Counted from the stretch's first letter, positions 30,685 through 40,403 are shown. The stretch is 64,000 nucleotides of DNA from Methanobacteriota archaeon (GCA_963769885.1 CAVYNH010000001.1:4071-68070), one strand, 5' to 3'. Numbers and translations: made by a program. Notes: generated by a model not told the origin, from the sequence alone.

Positions 30685-31002
30685 ATGGCATTCATAGACC
30701 GGATGGAAAAGAACATCGCGAAGCTGGAGAGACGCATCGAGCGCGAGCAAGGGCGGATCGCCAAGCTGGAAGAGAAATGCGAGGCCAAGAAGATCACCAG
30801 GGCTGACTACAACATCAAGCGCCGGGAAAGCGACGAGCGTACCCGGGGCTGGAACGCCCGGATCCAGACGCTGAAGGGCGGCATCGTCCGCGAGAAGAAA
30901 CACCTCGAGGAAAAACAAGAGGAAAAAGAGAAGAAGCGCGAGGAAAAAGAAAAGAAGAAGGAACGCGCAGAGAAAAAGGAAGAGGCAAAAGAATCGCCCT
31001 AA
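30685..31002 (+). CDS. K/E-rich coiled-coil protein (hypothetical)
   Basis: 105-aa ORF of low-complexity charged sequence. Confidence 0.45.
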   Translation: MAFIDRMEKNIAKLERRIEREQGRIAKLEEKCEAKKITRADYNIKRRESDERTRGWNARIQTLKGGIVREKKHLEEKQEEKEKKREEKEKKKERAEKKEEAKESP

Positions 31003-31026
31003 TCCTTTTTCATTATTTTTTCACTT

Positions 31027-31311
31027 TCATCGTCGGACCGCGAACGAGGGAAATGCCCCGGAGAAGTCCGCGAAGTTCACCGCCACATCCTCCACTTTTG
31101 CGAACGGCGGGCCTTTCCGGCACCATTTGATCATGTCCTCGACTCTGGTCCGGTCTCCTTCAAAGACCGCCTCGACGCAGCCGTCCTCGGTGTTGCGCAC
31201 CCAGCCCTTCAACCCGAGTTCTTCTGCCTTGCGCTGGGTGCTCGACCGGAACCAGACGCCCTGCACCATCCCTGAGACTATCACGTGGGCATGCACCTTC
31301 ATTGTCCTCAC
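31027..31311 (-). CDS. acyP: acylphosphatase
   Basis: Contains VSGMVQGVWFR...GWVRN..DG.VE. Confidence 0.85.
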   Translation of the reverse strand: MRTMKVHAHVIVSGMVQGVWFRSSTQRKAEELGLKGWVRNTEDGCVEAVFEGDRTRVEDMIKWCRKGPPFAKVEDVAVNFADFSGAFPSFAVRR

Positions 31312-31326
31312 AACTCCTCCAAATTT

Positions 31327-32637
31327 CTATGGGCGGAACCGCAGCAGCGTGCGTGGGAACGGGATCGTATCCTTGATGTTCTCCGAATGGCAGATCCACG
31401 CCACCGTCCGCTCGACGCCAAGGCCGTAGCCGGCGTGCGGCACCGAGCCGAACCGCCGCAAATCAAAGTACCACTGATAGTTCTCGACCTTCTCCCCCAT
31501 CTTCCGCAGCCGCTCAGACATGTACGCGATGTCGGTGCTGCGCTGCGAGCCGCCGATGAGCTCCCCGTACCCATCCGGCGCCAGCATATCGAAACACAAC
31601 GCGGTCTTCGGGTCCTTAGGGTCCGGCGACTTGTAAAACGCCATGATGTCCAACGGATAGTTCGTCACCACCACCGGCGTCTGAAAATGCTTCATGATGC
31701 TATCCTCCTCGATGGTGCGGAGGTCCTTGCCCCACTCGACCTCCATCCCCTCCTTCTTCCGCAAGACCTCTAATGCCTCCGTATAGGTAATAGTTGGATA
31801 CGAGGCGGTGGCCAACCGCTGCAGGCGATGGGTATCGCACTCGAGGACTTTGAGGTCAGCGGCGTTCTTCTCCAACACCTGGCTGACGATGAAGCGGATC
31901 TCGTCCTTGGCGATCTCCGTGATGTCATGCAGGTCCATCCAGGCGGCCTCCATCTCCGCCATCCAGAACTCCGAGAGATGCCGCGACGTCTTCGACCGCT
32001 CCGCCCGGAACGTCGGCCCCACGTTATAGATCTTCTCCAACGCGAAGACACCGGCCTCCGCGTACAGCTGCCAGGACTGCGACAGGTACGTCTTATCCTG
32101 GTAATACTTGACCTCAAACAGCGTCGAGCCGCCCTCACACTGGTTCGGCTGCAGCACCGGCGCATCAAACTCATAGAACCCCCGGTCGCGGAAGAACTGA
32201 TGGATCGCCCCGACCACCGTCGACCGGATCTTCATCGTCGCCGTTAATTTCCGGGACCGAAGCCACAGATGCCGCTGATCAAGCAGGAACTCCGGGCTCT
32301 GATCCTTCGTGATCGGGAACGGCTCCGCCGCATTCACCACCGTCACCGTACGGGCGAGAATCTCGTAGCCGCCCGGTGCCCGCGGATCCACCTTGACCTC
32401 ACCACAGAGCTCCACCGACGACTCTATCAACGCGGCCTTCGCCGCCTCGAACTCCGCATCCAGCAGATTCCCCTTCTTCACCGTCACCTGGATCACGCCG
32501 GAGACGTCCCGCAGCGTCATGAACACGATGTTCCCGCTGCTCCGAGTCCGATAGATCCAGCCTCGGAGGCAGACCCGCTGCCCCGCCGGCATCCCAATAA
32601 GCACATCCTGGACTTGAGACCACGCTGTCGTCGCCAT
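31327..32637 (-). CDS. asnS: asparagine--tRNA ligase
   Basis: The class II motif is ..GPTFRAERSKTSRHLSEFWMAEMEAAW.. An internal start (MATTAWSQ..) was chosen. Confidence 0.85.
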   Translation of the reverse strand: MATTAWSQVQDVLIGMPAGQRVCLRGWIYRTRSSGNIVFMTLRDVSGVIQVTVKKGNLLDAEFEAAKAALIESSVELCGEVKVDPRAPGGYEILARTVTVVNAAEPFPITKDQSPEFLLDQRHLWLRSRKLTATMKIRSTVVGAIHQFFRDRGFYEFDAPVLQPNQCEGGSTLFEVKYYQDKTYLSQSWQLYAEAGVFALEKIYNVGPTFRAERSKTSRHLSEFWMAEMEAAWMDLHDITEIAKDEIRFIVSQVLEKNAADLKVLECDTHRLQRLATASYPTITYTEALEVLRKKEGMEVEWGKDLRTIEEDSIMKHFQTPVVVTNYPLDIMAFYKSPDPKDPKTALCFDMLAPDGYGELIGGSQRSTDIAYMSERLRKMGEKVENYQWYFDLRRFGSVPHAGYGLGVERTVAWICHSENIKDTIPFPRTLLRFRP

Positions 32638-32832
32638 ACTCAGACCAAGGGGATAAGTTAGCCAGATAAAGCAATTACGGTCAAACCAGCCACCAACCTC
32701 CCCTGAGTCGCGGCCGCCACTCTCAGATACCATGGACCAAATGCTTAAGTAGGGGTTTTTTTATATTGGCAATACTTTCCCATCCTTATTCCGATGAGAA
32801 TTCACATCTAATCCTACACTGGGGTATCAACC

Positions 32833-33462
32833 TTGCCAGAAGAAGAGAAACAACCAACCGAAGCCGGAGAGCAACCAACCGAAGCGCCACGCAAGGAGAA
32901 ACAAGAGGCCGGTAAACAGCCCAAAAAAGAAAAGAAGCAAAAACCAGCCGGCGAAGAAGGCGCCAAGAAAAAGGTCGAACACGACGCGAACTTCAACTAC
33001 ATCGTCCGCATCGCCAACACCGACATCAACGGCGAACGCAACGTCGTCCAAGGCCTCACCAGCATCAAGGGCATCGGCCGCCACATGGCCGCCTTCGTCG
33101 CAGACGCCTCAGGCGTCGACCGTAACCTCAAATTCGGCACCCTCAGCGAAACCCAGATCCAACAAATCCAGACCGCGCTCCAGAACATCGAGACCACCGC
33201 CCCCGCCTGGATGATGAACCGCCGCAAAGACCTCTACACCGGCGAAAACCAGCACCTCATCAGCGTCGAAGTCGCCACTAGGCTTCGCGACGACATCAAC
33301 CTCATGAAGATGATCCGCAGCTACAAAGGAGTCCGCCACGAGGCAGGACTCCCCGTCCGCGGCCAACGCACCCGCGCCAACGGCCGCTTCGGACTCGCGC
33401 TCGGCGTCTCCAAACGCCGCGAAGTCAAACCAGGCGGAGCAGGAGCAAAGAAAGAGGAGTAG
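32833..33462 (+). CDS. rps13: 30S ribosomal protein S13 (uS13) with about 55-aa K/E-rich N-terminal extension
   Basis: The core is ..FNYIVRIANTDINGERNVVQGLTSIKGIGRHMA.. It uses a TTG start, and there is no alternative start before the core. Confidence 0.85.
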   Translation: MPEEEKQPTEAGEQPTEAPRKEKQEAGKQPKKEKKQKPAGEEGAKKKVEHDANFNYIVRIANTDINGERNVVQGLTSIKGIGRHMAAFVADASGVDRNLKFGTLSETQIQQIQTALQNIETTAPAWMMNRRKDLYTGENQHLISVEVATRLRDDINLMKMIRSYKGVRHEAGLPVRGQRTRANGRFGLALGVSKRREVKPGGAGAKKEE

Positions 33463-33468
33463 TAACCC

Positions 33469-34254
33469 ATGAGCAGCCCAAAGTTCCCCAGCAAGAAATA
33501 CGAGACTCCCCTGCACCCCTGGAAAGAGAGCCGGATCAAGGCTGAACGCGAAATCATCAAGAAATATGGCTTGAAGAATCACGTCGAGGTCTGGAAGGCG
33601 AAGACATACCTGGGCAAGAACCGTCACCATGCCCGTGAGCTCCTCGCCAAGGTCGGCACCCCGACCCCTCAGGTCAAGAAAGAGAGCGACCAGCTCCTCA
33701 ACCACCTCACCCACATGGGCATCCTGCCCATGGGATCGTCCCTCGACGACGTCCTCGCGTTGGACATCGACACCGTCTTGAACCGACGCCTGCAGACCCT
33801 CGTCTACCTGAAAGGCTTCTCCAGCACCCCGTTCCAGGCCCGCCAGCTGATCAGTCACGGGCACATCGCCATCGGGCCGCAGAAAGTCACGGTCCCCGGT
33901 TACATGGTCCCCAAGGAACAGGAGACCCTCATCCAGTACACCATGAAATCCCCGCTGAACGAGCTGTCCCACCCGGCCCGACCGAAGATCGAAGGCCTCG
34001 CTCGCCCAGCCGCGCCATTGCCACGTGAGCCTGGAGCAGCACCCGCCCCTACCCCTACTCCTGCTCCTGCCCCTGCCGCTCCTCAACCCGGTGCAGCGAC
34101 ACCAGAGGCACCCCGTCCGGCCCCGGCGGCACAGCCCGCGCCGACGGCGCCCCCACGGCAAACGGAGCCGCGCCCGAAGAAGGCCAAGAAACCGAGGAGA
34201 GAAGAGAAGAAGCCTGCTGAGACGGCGAAGGAGCCGACAAAGGAGGCTGCGTAA
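33469..34254 (+). CDS. rps4: 30S ribosomal protein S4 (uS4) with about 85-aa P/A-rich C-terminal extension
   Basis: The S4 core runs from [18 protein letters not shown].. to ..[15 protein letters not shown].. The tail is [18 protein letters not shown]...[12 protein letters not shown]. Confidence 0.85.
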   Translation: MSSPKFPSKKYETPLHPWKESRIKAEREIIKKYGLKNHVEVWKAKTYLGKNRHHARELLAKVGTPTPQVKKESDQLLNHLTHMGILPMGSSLDDVLALDIDTVLNRRLQTLVYLKGFSSTPFQARQLISHGHIAIGPQKVTVPGYMVPKEQETLIQYTMKSPLNELSHPARPKIEGLARPAAPLPREPGAAPAPTPTPAPAPAAPQPGAATPEAPRPAPAAQPAPTAPPRQTEPRPKKAKKPRREEKKPAETAKEPTKEAA

Positions 34255-34256
34255 GC

Positions 34257-34640
34257 ATGGCACGAAAAGGCATCGCCCATATCTATTCTTCATTTAACAA
34301 CATCATCATCACCATCACTGATTCGACGGGAGCTGAGACCGTCGCGAAATGCTCGGGAGGCATGGTCACCAAATCCGCAAAGGATGAGGGATCCCCCTAC
34401 GTCGCGATGCGCGTTGCTCAGGCCGCCGCTGAGGCTGCTTTGGAGAAGGGGTTTGACAACGTCAACGTCCTGATTCGCGGTAAGGGCGGCAAGAAGGGCG
34501 GTACTCCCGGCCGAGGTGCCCAGACGGCGATCCGCTCGCTGGTGCGGGCTGGCTTGAAGATCGGTACGATTGAAGATGTGACCCCGCATCCGCATGATGG
34601 CTGCAAGCCGAAGGGCGGGAAACGCGGCCGTCGGATCTAA
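34257..34640 (+). CDS. rps11: 30S ribosomal protein S11 (uS11)
   Basis: Contains ..[18 protein letters not shown].. and matches the expected operon position. Confidence 0.9.
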   Translation: MARKGIAHIYSSFNNIIITITDSTGAETVAKCSGGMVTKSAKDEGSPYVAMRVAQAAAEAALEKGFDNVNVLIRGKGGKKGGTPGRGAQTAIRSLVRAGLKIGTIEDVTPHPHDGCKPKGGKRGRRI

Positions 34641-34642
34641 GG

Positions 34643-35443
34643 GTGACCCTTATGATCGTGAAGTCGATGGAGTTTAAAGGGAATAAGGCTGAGGTTCGGC
34701 TTGAGGACACGGATCTGTATTTTGTCAACTCGCTGCGCCGGGTGATGCTGGCGGAGCTGCCGAAGCTGGCCATCGACGACGTCATCATCTACGACAACAC
34801 CAGCCCGCTGTTCGATGAGATCATCGCGCATCGGCTCTCGCTCATCCCTATCCCCACGGACCTGGAGCTGCTGACGTATCGGAGTCAGTGCAAATGCGAA
34901 GGCAAAGGCTGTCCGAGCTGCACCGTGCGCTACACGCTGAGCAAGGAGGGCGCCGGGGTCGTCTACTCTGGTGACCTGCAGCCGGAGCATCCCAGTTTTG
35001 CGATTAAGGAGACCCGGATTCCGATCGTGGAGTTGTCCAAGGACCAGCGGGTGATCCTCGAGGTCGAGGCCGTGCTGGGCAAAGGCCGGGAGCATGCCAA
35101 GTGGCAGCCGGTGATCGCCCCGCGGTACAGCATGGAGCCGGTCATCGAGATGGACAAGAAGCATCTCACCGAGGCCAAGGCGTTCCTGTCTGAGCTGCCT
35201 GCGGGGCTGGTCGAGGTCAAGGGGACGACGGTCGTGCTGAAGGACCGGTCCCGCCTGCCGGAGCTGGAGCAGTACCTGGAGCGCGGCAAGGAGGGCAGCG
35301 TCACCCTGCGGCGGGATCCGACGCGGATCACGTTCACGTTTGAGACCGACGGGTCGCTGAGTCCCAAGGACGCCTTGAAGGAGTCGGTGGCGATACTTTT
35401 GCGGAAGTACGAGGAGTTCGCTACGCGCCTCAAGAAGCTCTGA
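34643..35443 (+). CDS. rpoD: DNA-directed RNA polymerase subunit D (Rpo3)
   Basis: It follows S11 as in archaeal operons. It carries the Cys cluster CKCEGKGCPSC. Confidence 0.85.
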   Translation: MTLMIVKSMEFKGNKAEVRLEDTDLYFVNSLRRVMLAELPKLAIDDVIIYDNTSPLFDEIIAHRLSLIPIPTDLELLTYRSQCKCEGKGCPSCTVRYTLSKEGAGVVYSGDLQPEHPSFAIKETRIPIVELSKDQRVILEVEAVLGKGREHAKWQPVIAPRYSMEPVIEMDKKHLTEAKAFLSELPAGLVEVKGTTVVLKDRSRLPELEQYLERGKEGSVTLRRDPTRITFTFETDGSLSPKDALKESVAILLRKYEEFATRLKKL

Positions 35444-35625
35444 GTTGATTGTTCTCATACCTTCCCGATGAGTCAACTATTTTATCTGAATGGTCAAGTT
35501 ACTTGTTAATTATTTTACTAATTGTTTCCCTTGATAAACACCGTTTTCAGTTGGTTCCGTGTTGCTGGTGCGTCTAAGGTTTTATTAAGGACGCGATGAT
35601 TTTTATTCGTAATAGAGGAAGGAAA

Positions 35626-38103
35626 ATGGCTAGAAAACTACTCGCTATTCTTGCATGCCTGCTCATGATGGGCAGCGTGTTCGTAGGCATCTCTTCCAGT
35701 GGAACACCAAAAACCGGCACCCTGACCGTCACCATCCCCGTCGGCCCCTACACCATCGAGCACACCCCGCAGGGCGACGTTATCTCCGTCGAAGGATACG
35801 GCCGCCTCCTCACCCCGGGCAAGCCGAGTCTGCCATCCCGCATCTTCTCCATCGCCATCCCACCAGGCGCAACGGTCGTAGACGTCAACGCTGATTCGAC
35901 GGAAACCCCGATCGTAGGAGTCTATACTATACCGCCGGCGACGCTGCCGCGCGTTATCGGGGAAGAAGACCCCAGCGTCTACGCGCAGGAGCTGCAGACC
36001 TACCAGTCCAACTACGCCAGCGTCTACTTCACCAACGCCCCGTACCCATCCACCGTCGCACAACTCGTCGGCGCCGGCGGTTACCGGAAATACAACCTCG
36101 TCGACATCCGTATCAACCCCATCGCCTACAACCCTATCGAAAGCACCTTGACTCTCCGTTCCTCGATCTCGGTCACACTCTCGTACACGATTCCTGATGG
36201 CGTCCAATTAATGAATGACAACCTTCCAAGCACTGAGCGAACAGCCCAGGACATCATCCTTAACTATGCGCAGGCACAATCCTGGTATCCCCCCTCTGCC
36301 TCAGCGAGGGGGCTGTATGAATATGTCATCATCACTACGGATGCCCTTGCGTCCTCGGTGAGCGCCCTCTCCTCGTGGGAAAGCACGAAGGGGAAGAGCG
36401 TCAACGTGGTGACAACCTCCTGGATCGACAGCCATTACACCGGTTACAACCTCTCTGCGAAAATGCGAGCCTTCCTCCGCGAGAAGTATCCCTCCTCGCA
36501 GTGGGGCATCGAGGACGTCTGCCTCATCGGCAGCTACGCGGATGTCCCCATGCGGTCCACTGCGCAGGATGTCGGCTACGGCGCTACCAAGACCGACTAC
36601 TACTATGCGGAGCTCTCCCTCCCCGACAGCCAATCCTGGGATATTGACGGGGACCACCGATACGGCGAGGACTCCGACCCCATTGATTTCCAGGCAGAGG
36701 TCAACGTCGGCCGCATCCCCTGGAACACCCCAAGCGTTGTGGCCGGCATCTGCGAAAAATCGGTCGCCTATGAGCAGAACACGGAGGAATCCTACAAGAA
36801 GAACATCCTCCTGCTCGGCTCCTTCTTCTGGGCGGACACCGACAACGCCGTCCTCATGGAGGCAAAGGTCAACCAGCCGTGGATGTCGGACTGGACGATG
36901 ACCCGCTTATACGAGGACGCGCAATCTTCCCACCCCTGTAATTATGACCTGACGTACGCCAACGTCGAGTCCGTCTGGTCCCAGGGGACGTACGCCTTCG
37001 TCGACTGGGCCGGACACGGCTCAGAGGACGCGGCCTATGAGCTGTATCCCCAGCAGCCGTTCGTTGACGAGGACACGTTGTTGTCTCTCGATGACGGCTA
37101 TTCAGCGATCGTCTTCGCCGACGCCTGCAGCAACGCGGATTCTGACTACCTCAACATCGCGCAGGCGACGCTGAAACAGGGCGGCGTCGGGTTCGTCGGC
37201 TCCAACAAGGTCGCCCTCGGATGCCCGGGATGGACCGGGCCCATGAGTGGTTCCAGCCAGTCTCTCGACTACTTCTTCACCACCTGCTGCACCTCCTGTA
37301 ACTATACCCAGGGTGCAGCGCTGCAGTACGCCCTCCGCCAGATGTACCAGAACAACCTCTGGGACTATCTGCGCTACGAGATGTTCGAATGGGGGGACCT
37401 GTACGGGAACCCTGATCTCTCCATGGGACCTGCCATTACGAGCAATCCGCCGAGCACCCCCACGCTCGTCGGCCCGGCCCACGGTCTCGTGAACTTCACC
37501 TACCAATACTCGAGCTCCTCGTCTGACCCGGACGGCGACCAGATTTATTTCTTGTTCGACTGGGGCGACGGGTTGAACAGCGGCTGGCTCGGGCCTAAGG
37601 CCTCGGGATCGACGGCCACGGCGAATCACACCTGGTCTGCGTTAGGCAACTATACCGTGAGAGTCAAGGCTAAGGATGTCAACGGGGCAGTGAGCGAATG
37701 GTCGGCTCCGATTGCCCTGACTATCGCGAAGAATAGCGCGCCTGAGCGTCCTCTGGTCCATGGGCCGACGTCCGGTGCACCGCGCAAGCCCTGTTCGTAC
37801 ACCATCCAGACCACTGATATCGACGGGGATAACGTCTCCTATTACGTCGACTGGGGCGATGGCAGGACAACCGACTGGATCGGGCCCTACGCGTCAGGTG
37901 AGCAGATCATCCAGAACCATACCTGGCTGATCCGCGGGCTCTATAACGTGAAGGTGAAGGCCCGAGACGGCCTGGGCTTTGAGAGCGGCTGGGGGACCGT
38001 GCAGGTGCACATGCCGTACTATCCGCCGTTGCTGGCCTTGCTGCACCGGCTGTTCGACCGGTTCCCGAACGCGTTCCCGGTCCTGCGGCATCTCTTCGGT
38101 TAG
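35626..38103 (+). CDS. secreted peptidase C25 (gingipain)-like protein with two PKD-like modules
   Basis: The signal peptide is MARKLLAILACLLMMGSVFVG. YEYVIITTDAL.. is a C25-like feature. The His/Cys dyad is WAGHGSED...(37 aa)...FADACSNAD. It has two D.DGD..Y..DWGDG...HTW..G.Y.V.VKA.D modules. The C-terminus is ..RFPNAFPVLRHLFG. Confidence 0.75.
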   Translation: MARKLLAILACLLMMGSVFVGISSSGTPKTGTLTVTIPVGPYTIEHTPQGDVISVEGYGRLLTPGKPSLPSRIFSIAIPPGATVVDVNADSTETPIVGVYTIPPATLPRVIGEEDPSVYAQELQTYQSNYASVYFTNAPYPSTVAQLVGAGGYRKYNLVDIRINPIAYNPIESTLTLRSSISVTLSYTIPDGVQLMNDNLPSTERTAQDIILNYAQAQSWYPPSASARGLYEYVIITTDALASSVSALSSWESTKGKSVNVVTTSWIDSHYTGYNLSAKMRAFLREKYPSSQWGIEDVCLIGSYADVPMRSTAQDVGYGATKTDYYYAELSLPDSQSWDIDGDHRYGEDSDPIDFQAEVNVGRIPWNTPSVVAGICEKSVAYEQNTEESYKKNILLLGSFFWADTDNAVLMEAKVNQPWMSDWTMTRLYEDAQSSHPCNYDLTYANVESVWSQGTYAFVDWAGHGSEDAAYELYPQQPFVDEDTLLSLDDGYSAIVFADACSNADSDYLNIAQATLKQGGVGFVGSNKVALGCPGWTGPMSGSSQSLDYFFTTCCTSCNYTQGAALQYALRQMYQNNLWDYLRYEMFEWGDLYGNPDLSMGPAITSNPPSTPTLVGPAHGLVNFTYQYSSSSSDPDGDQIYFLFDWGDGLNSGWLGPKASGSTATANHTWSALGNYTVRVKAKDVNGAVSEWSAPIALTIAKNSAPERPLVHGPTSGAPRKPCSYTIQTTDIDGDNVSYYVDWGDGRTTDWIGPYASGEQIIQNHTWLIRGLYNVKVKARDGLGFESGWGTVQVHMPYYPPLLALLHRLFDRFPNAFPVLRHLFG

Positions 38104-38228
38104 ACGACGTGAGAGGGGATTCCCTCCTCTTTCTTTTTCTTTTTGTCTTTCACCTGGAATTTGGGAAGAGCTTTTCGGACGGTGAGGCAAATCTAATAAC
38201 CTGATGCTTTATTACGAGACTTCGCCGC

Positions 38229-38301
38229 GGGCCTGTGGGGTAGCTTGGTATCCTTGTGGCTTCGGGAGCCATCGACATGCGTTCAAATCGCATCAGGCCC
38301 A
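38229..38301 (+). tRNA. tRNA-Pro (anticodon CGG)
   Basis: Manual cloverleaf follows. Acceptor stem is GGGCCTG/CAGGCCC. D-loop is AGCTTGGTA with A14, G18G19 and A21. Anticodon stem is GTGGC/GCCAT with loop TTCGGGA. T-arm is ATGCG-TTCAAAT-CGCAT. The discriminator is A and no CCA is encoded. Confidence 0.9.
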
Positions 38302-38356
38302 TTATCTTCTACAGGAGAAAAGTCTGGTAACAGACCCAAATTTGGCGTTCTGTTGG
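38278..38356 (+). repeat. tRNA-Pro 3' end plus downstream sequence (repeat copy 1)
   Basis: ..TCGCATCAGGCCCAT..CAGGAGAAAAGTC..GGCGTTCTGTTGG is shared with copies at 40352-40428 and 42132-42181. Confidence 0.8.
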
Positions 38357-38525
38357 TTTTTTCCTTGCCTCGCTTTCCTGCTGATAGTTGTGTTGGTTTT
38401 TTGTATATAATTAAAGGGCTTGATTCATAATTCCCTGATGGAGGAAAAGAAGAAGGGATATCGCATCCTAATCGACATGAAATATGATAAATTGAAAAAA
38501 GGAAAAAAAGAGGAGAGGTAGGTAA

Positions 38526-39914
38526 TCATTGACCGCAAGTTCTGCAGCTCAGGTGGGGTACGAGCTGCACGTCATTAATTGAAAATAAAAACAATTTTGC
38601 TGTTGCGATAAATGGTGGGCAATCATCGATAACAATAGTCATTGTGATTTTACCTATCCCAAGAACAAAACCATTTATACTTTCGGTTGCGTACGGTAAA
38701 AAGTTGGGTATCATGCCACTCTTATGTGCTCCAAGAAGTATAAGTCCACCAGTTATTGTGACACTCCACGGTACGTTAGTTAAAGTTTTATTGCAAATGT
38801 TATAGAAATAAATATGATACCCGGGGCCTCCTGTTATGTTGACATAGAAACAGCATTCGCCGCAGACAGGAGTGTCTTCTATGATGGGCGCTGAAGAATT
38901 CTCATCGCTCGTTGCAAATGCCATATTATGGATTATGGTTCCATTCGCGGTTTCTGGACGGACAAGAACTAGCAGCCAGACGCATTTGGTTGAGTTCGCT
39001 ATGATTGTACCGATATCCCAACGGACCGTACGGCTGCTAATGTTATAGCCTGGCGAGGCGTCTATGAAACCCGTTTCATTCGGGAGCTGATCGGTGATAA
39101 TAACATTATGTTGGGTAGATGCATGTGCGGATGTGCAAATTGTGTAATTAATGTACTCGCACTGCCATACGCAATCGGTTTCGTTGAGGTTGTCAGTCTT
39201 TGTAATTATTAAGTGTGAGCCGCAATCGATGTATGCTTCGATTAGCCAGTTGCGATCCCAAAGACTACCGTAACTCTGTAATTCAATCCAGCCTGAGCCT
39301 GAACCGTCATTATACCAGTCGCCCTTCCCATCCACGGCCGGTCCTGAATCGAACCCTATTGGGATTTCATCGGGATCCTGGACCATCTCCACTGATATCC
39401 ATAAGTCTTCCGTGCAGTTAAATGGTACCGGCGTCGAAAGGGTTACTACAAACCAGCCTGAATCATTAACGAAATAGGGCTGTGAACAGAGGAGCTGGCC
39501 TGGTGTAGTAGGAGTTCCCTGCCTATATATTTTGATGTTTCCATGAAGATAATTTGCATCCCAGTGATAGAACTGAACAGCGGTGAGCCGACAGCCGCAA
39601 TACGGCGCGAGTTCAGTAGGGGTTAACCGTATCGCTGCTTCCCATGTAGCCCCGCCTGATATTTTAAATCCAACCCATTTGTTTGTATAGTAGTAATAGA
39701 GCCATCCTCCATTACAAATCGCGCAGGGTGTGCCTACTTCATGGTTTGTCTGTTGATGTGTAGCATCGTGAGTGTTTGTATCGAGTAGAAATGGCGCTGT
39801 ATTTTCTGACTTTTTAATATCTGCCGTCACCATAAGTGATGATAAGATCAGGAGCAACGCAATCATTACAATACCAGCATCTTTCAAAATAGTTTTTCCA
39901 CCAATAGATTTCAT
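38526..39914 (-). CDS. secreted protein (hypothetical; DUF11-like repeat in C-terminal half)
   Basis: 462 aa with an N-terminal signal/TM segment. It lies in a low-GC island. Confidence 0.65.
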   Translation of the reverse strand: MKSIGGKTILKDAGIVMIALLLILSSLMVTADIKKSENTAPFLLDTNTHDATHQQTNHEVGTPCAICNGGWLYYYYTNKWVGFKISGGATWEAAIRLTPTELAPYCGCRLTAVQFYHWDANYLHGNIKIYRQGTPTTPGQLLCSQPYFVNDSGWFVVTLSTPVPFNCTEDLWISVEMVQDPDEIPIGFDSGPAVDGKGDWYNDGSGSGWIELQSYGSLWDRNWLIEAYIDCGSHLIITKTDNLNETDCVWQCEYINYTICTSAHASTQHNVIITDQLPNETGFIDASPGYNISSRTVRWDIGTIIANSTKCVWLLVLVRPETANGTIIHNMAFATSDENSSAPIIEDTPVCGECCFYVNITGGPGYHIYFYNICNKTLTNVPWSVTITGGLILLGAHKSGMIPNFLPYATESINGFVLGIGKITMTIVIDDCPPFIATAKLFLFSINDVQLVPHLSCRTCGQ

Positions 39915-40266
39915 CGTTTTCCTCCTTCCCCAAAACTCAGGTTATGAAAAGAAAATCTCTCGAGGGTATTTATATTTTTTTGTCTGAAATCTTATGAAAT
40001 AGAAATGGTAAAAAAACCGATGTCGCGCTTCATTTGGCGTTCTCATGAATTTCCTTTCTTTTAATAAAGATACTTTTGGAACCTTGTTTAAAACTCTATT
40101 TACCCACAATTGATGCTGGGACGCCGTGGTCATTTTAGATTTTGCGATCTATTCCTGCTTTTTCTATCCTATTCTTGATTGACGTATTTCCTAGGTTGTT
40201 TGGGCTTTATGGGAGCCTTTCTAAAAATATGTGTGAGTTAAGTATGGGAAAACATGAGAAAAAAAA

Positions 40267-40403
40267 GAAAGAGAGAGTCGGATTCAACCGTCCTTAAAAC
40301 CGACAGGCCTAACAACCGCGTTCTGTCGCCGAGAATTCCTCCTGTTGACCAGATGCAGGTCGCATCAGGCCCATCATCTTTTCCAGGAGAAAAGTCCGGC
40401 GAC
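40267..40403 (+). repeat. 137-bp repeat unit containing a tRNA-Pro 3'-end copy (copy 2)
   Basis: It aligns without gaps to 42045..42181 at roughly 85% identity. It contains GTCGCATCAGGCCCA and a long imperfect hairpin (40320-40344 pairs with 40383-40408). Confidence 0.8.

Noticed and set aside
38245-38430. ORFs 38245..38430, 40254..40487 and 41855..42214, which share a ..ASGP...GEKSG.. peptide, as a conserved small protein family
   Set aside because: They overlap the tRNA and its 3'-end copies. The substitutions between copies are not biased to third positions (about 3 of 12 are synonymous). The similarity is better explained at the DNA level.
40267-40403. The 137-bp units as complete or permuted tRNA genes
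   Set aside because: Only the T-stem/acceptor 3' strand is present. The T-loop is shortened to 5 nt. No matching 5' acceptor strand or anticodon arm exists on either strand.
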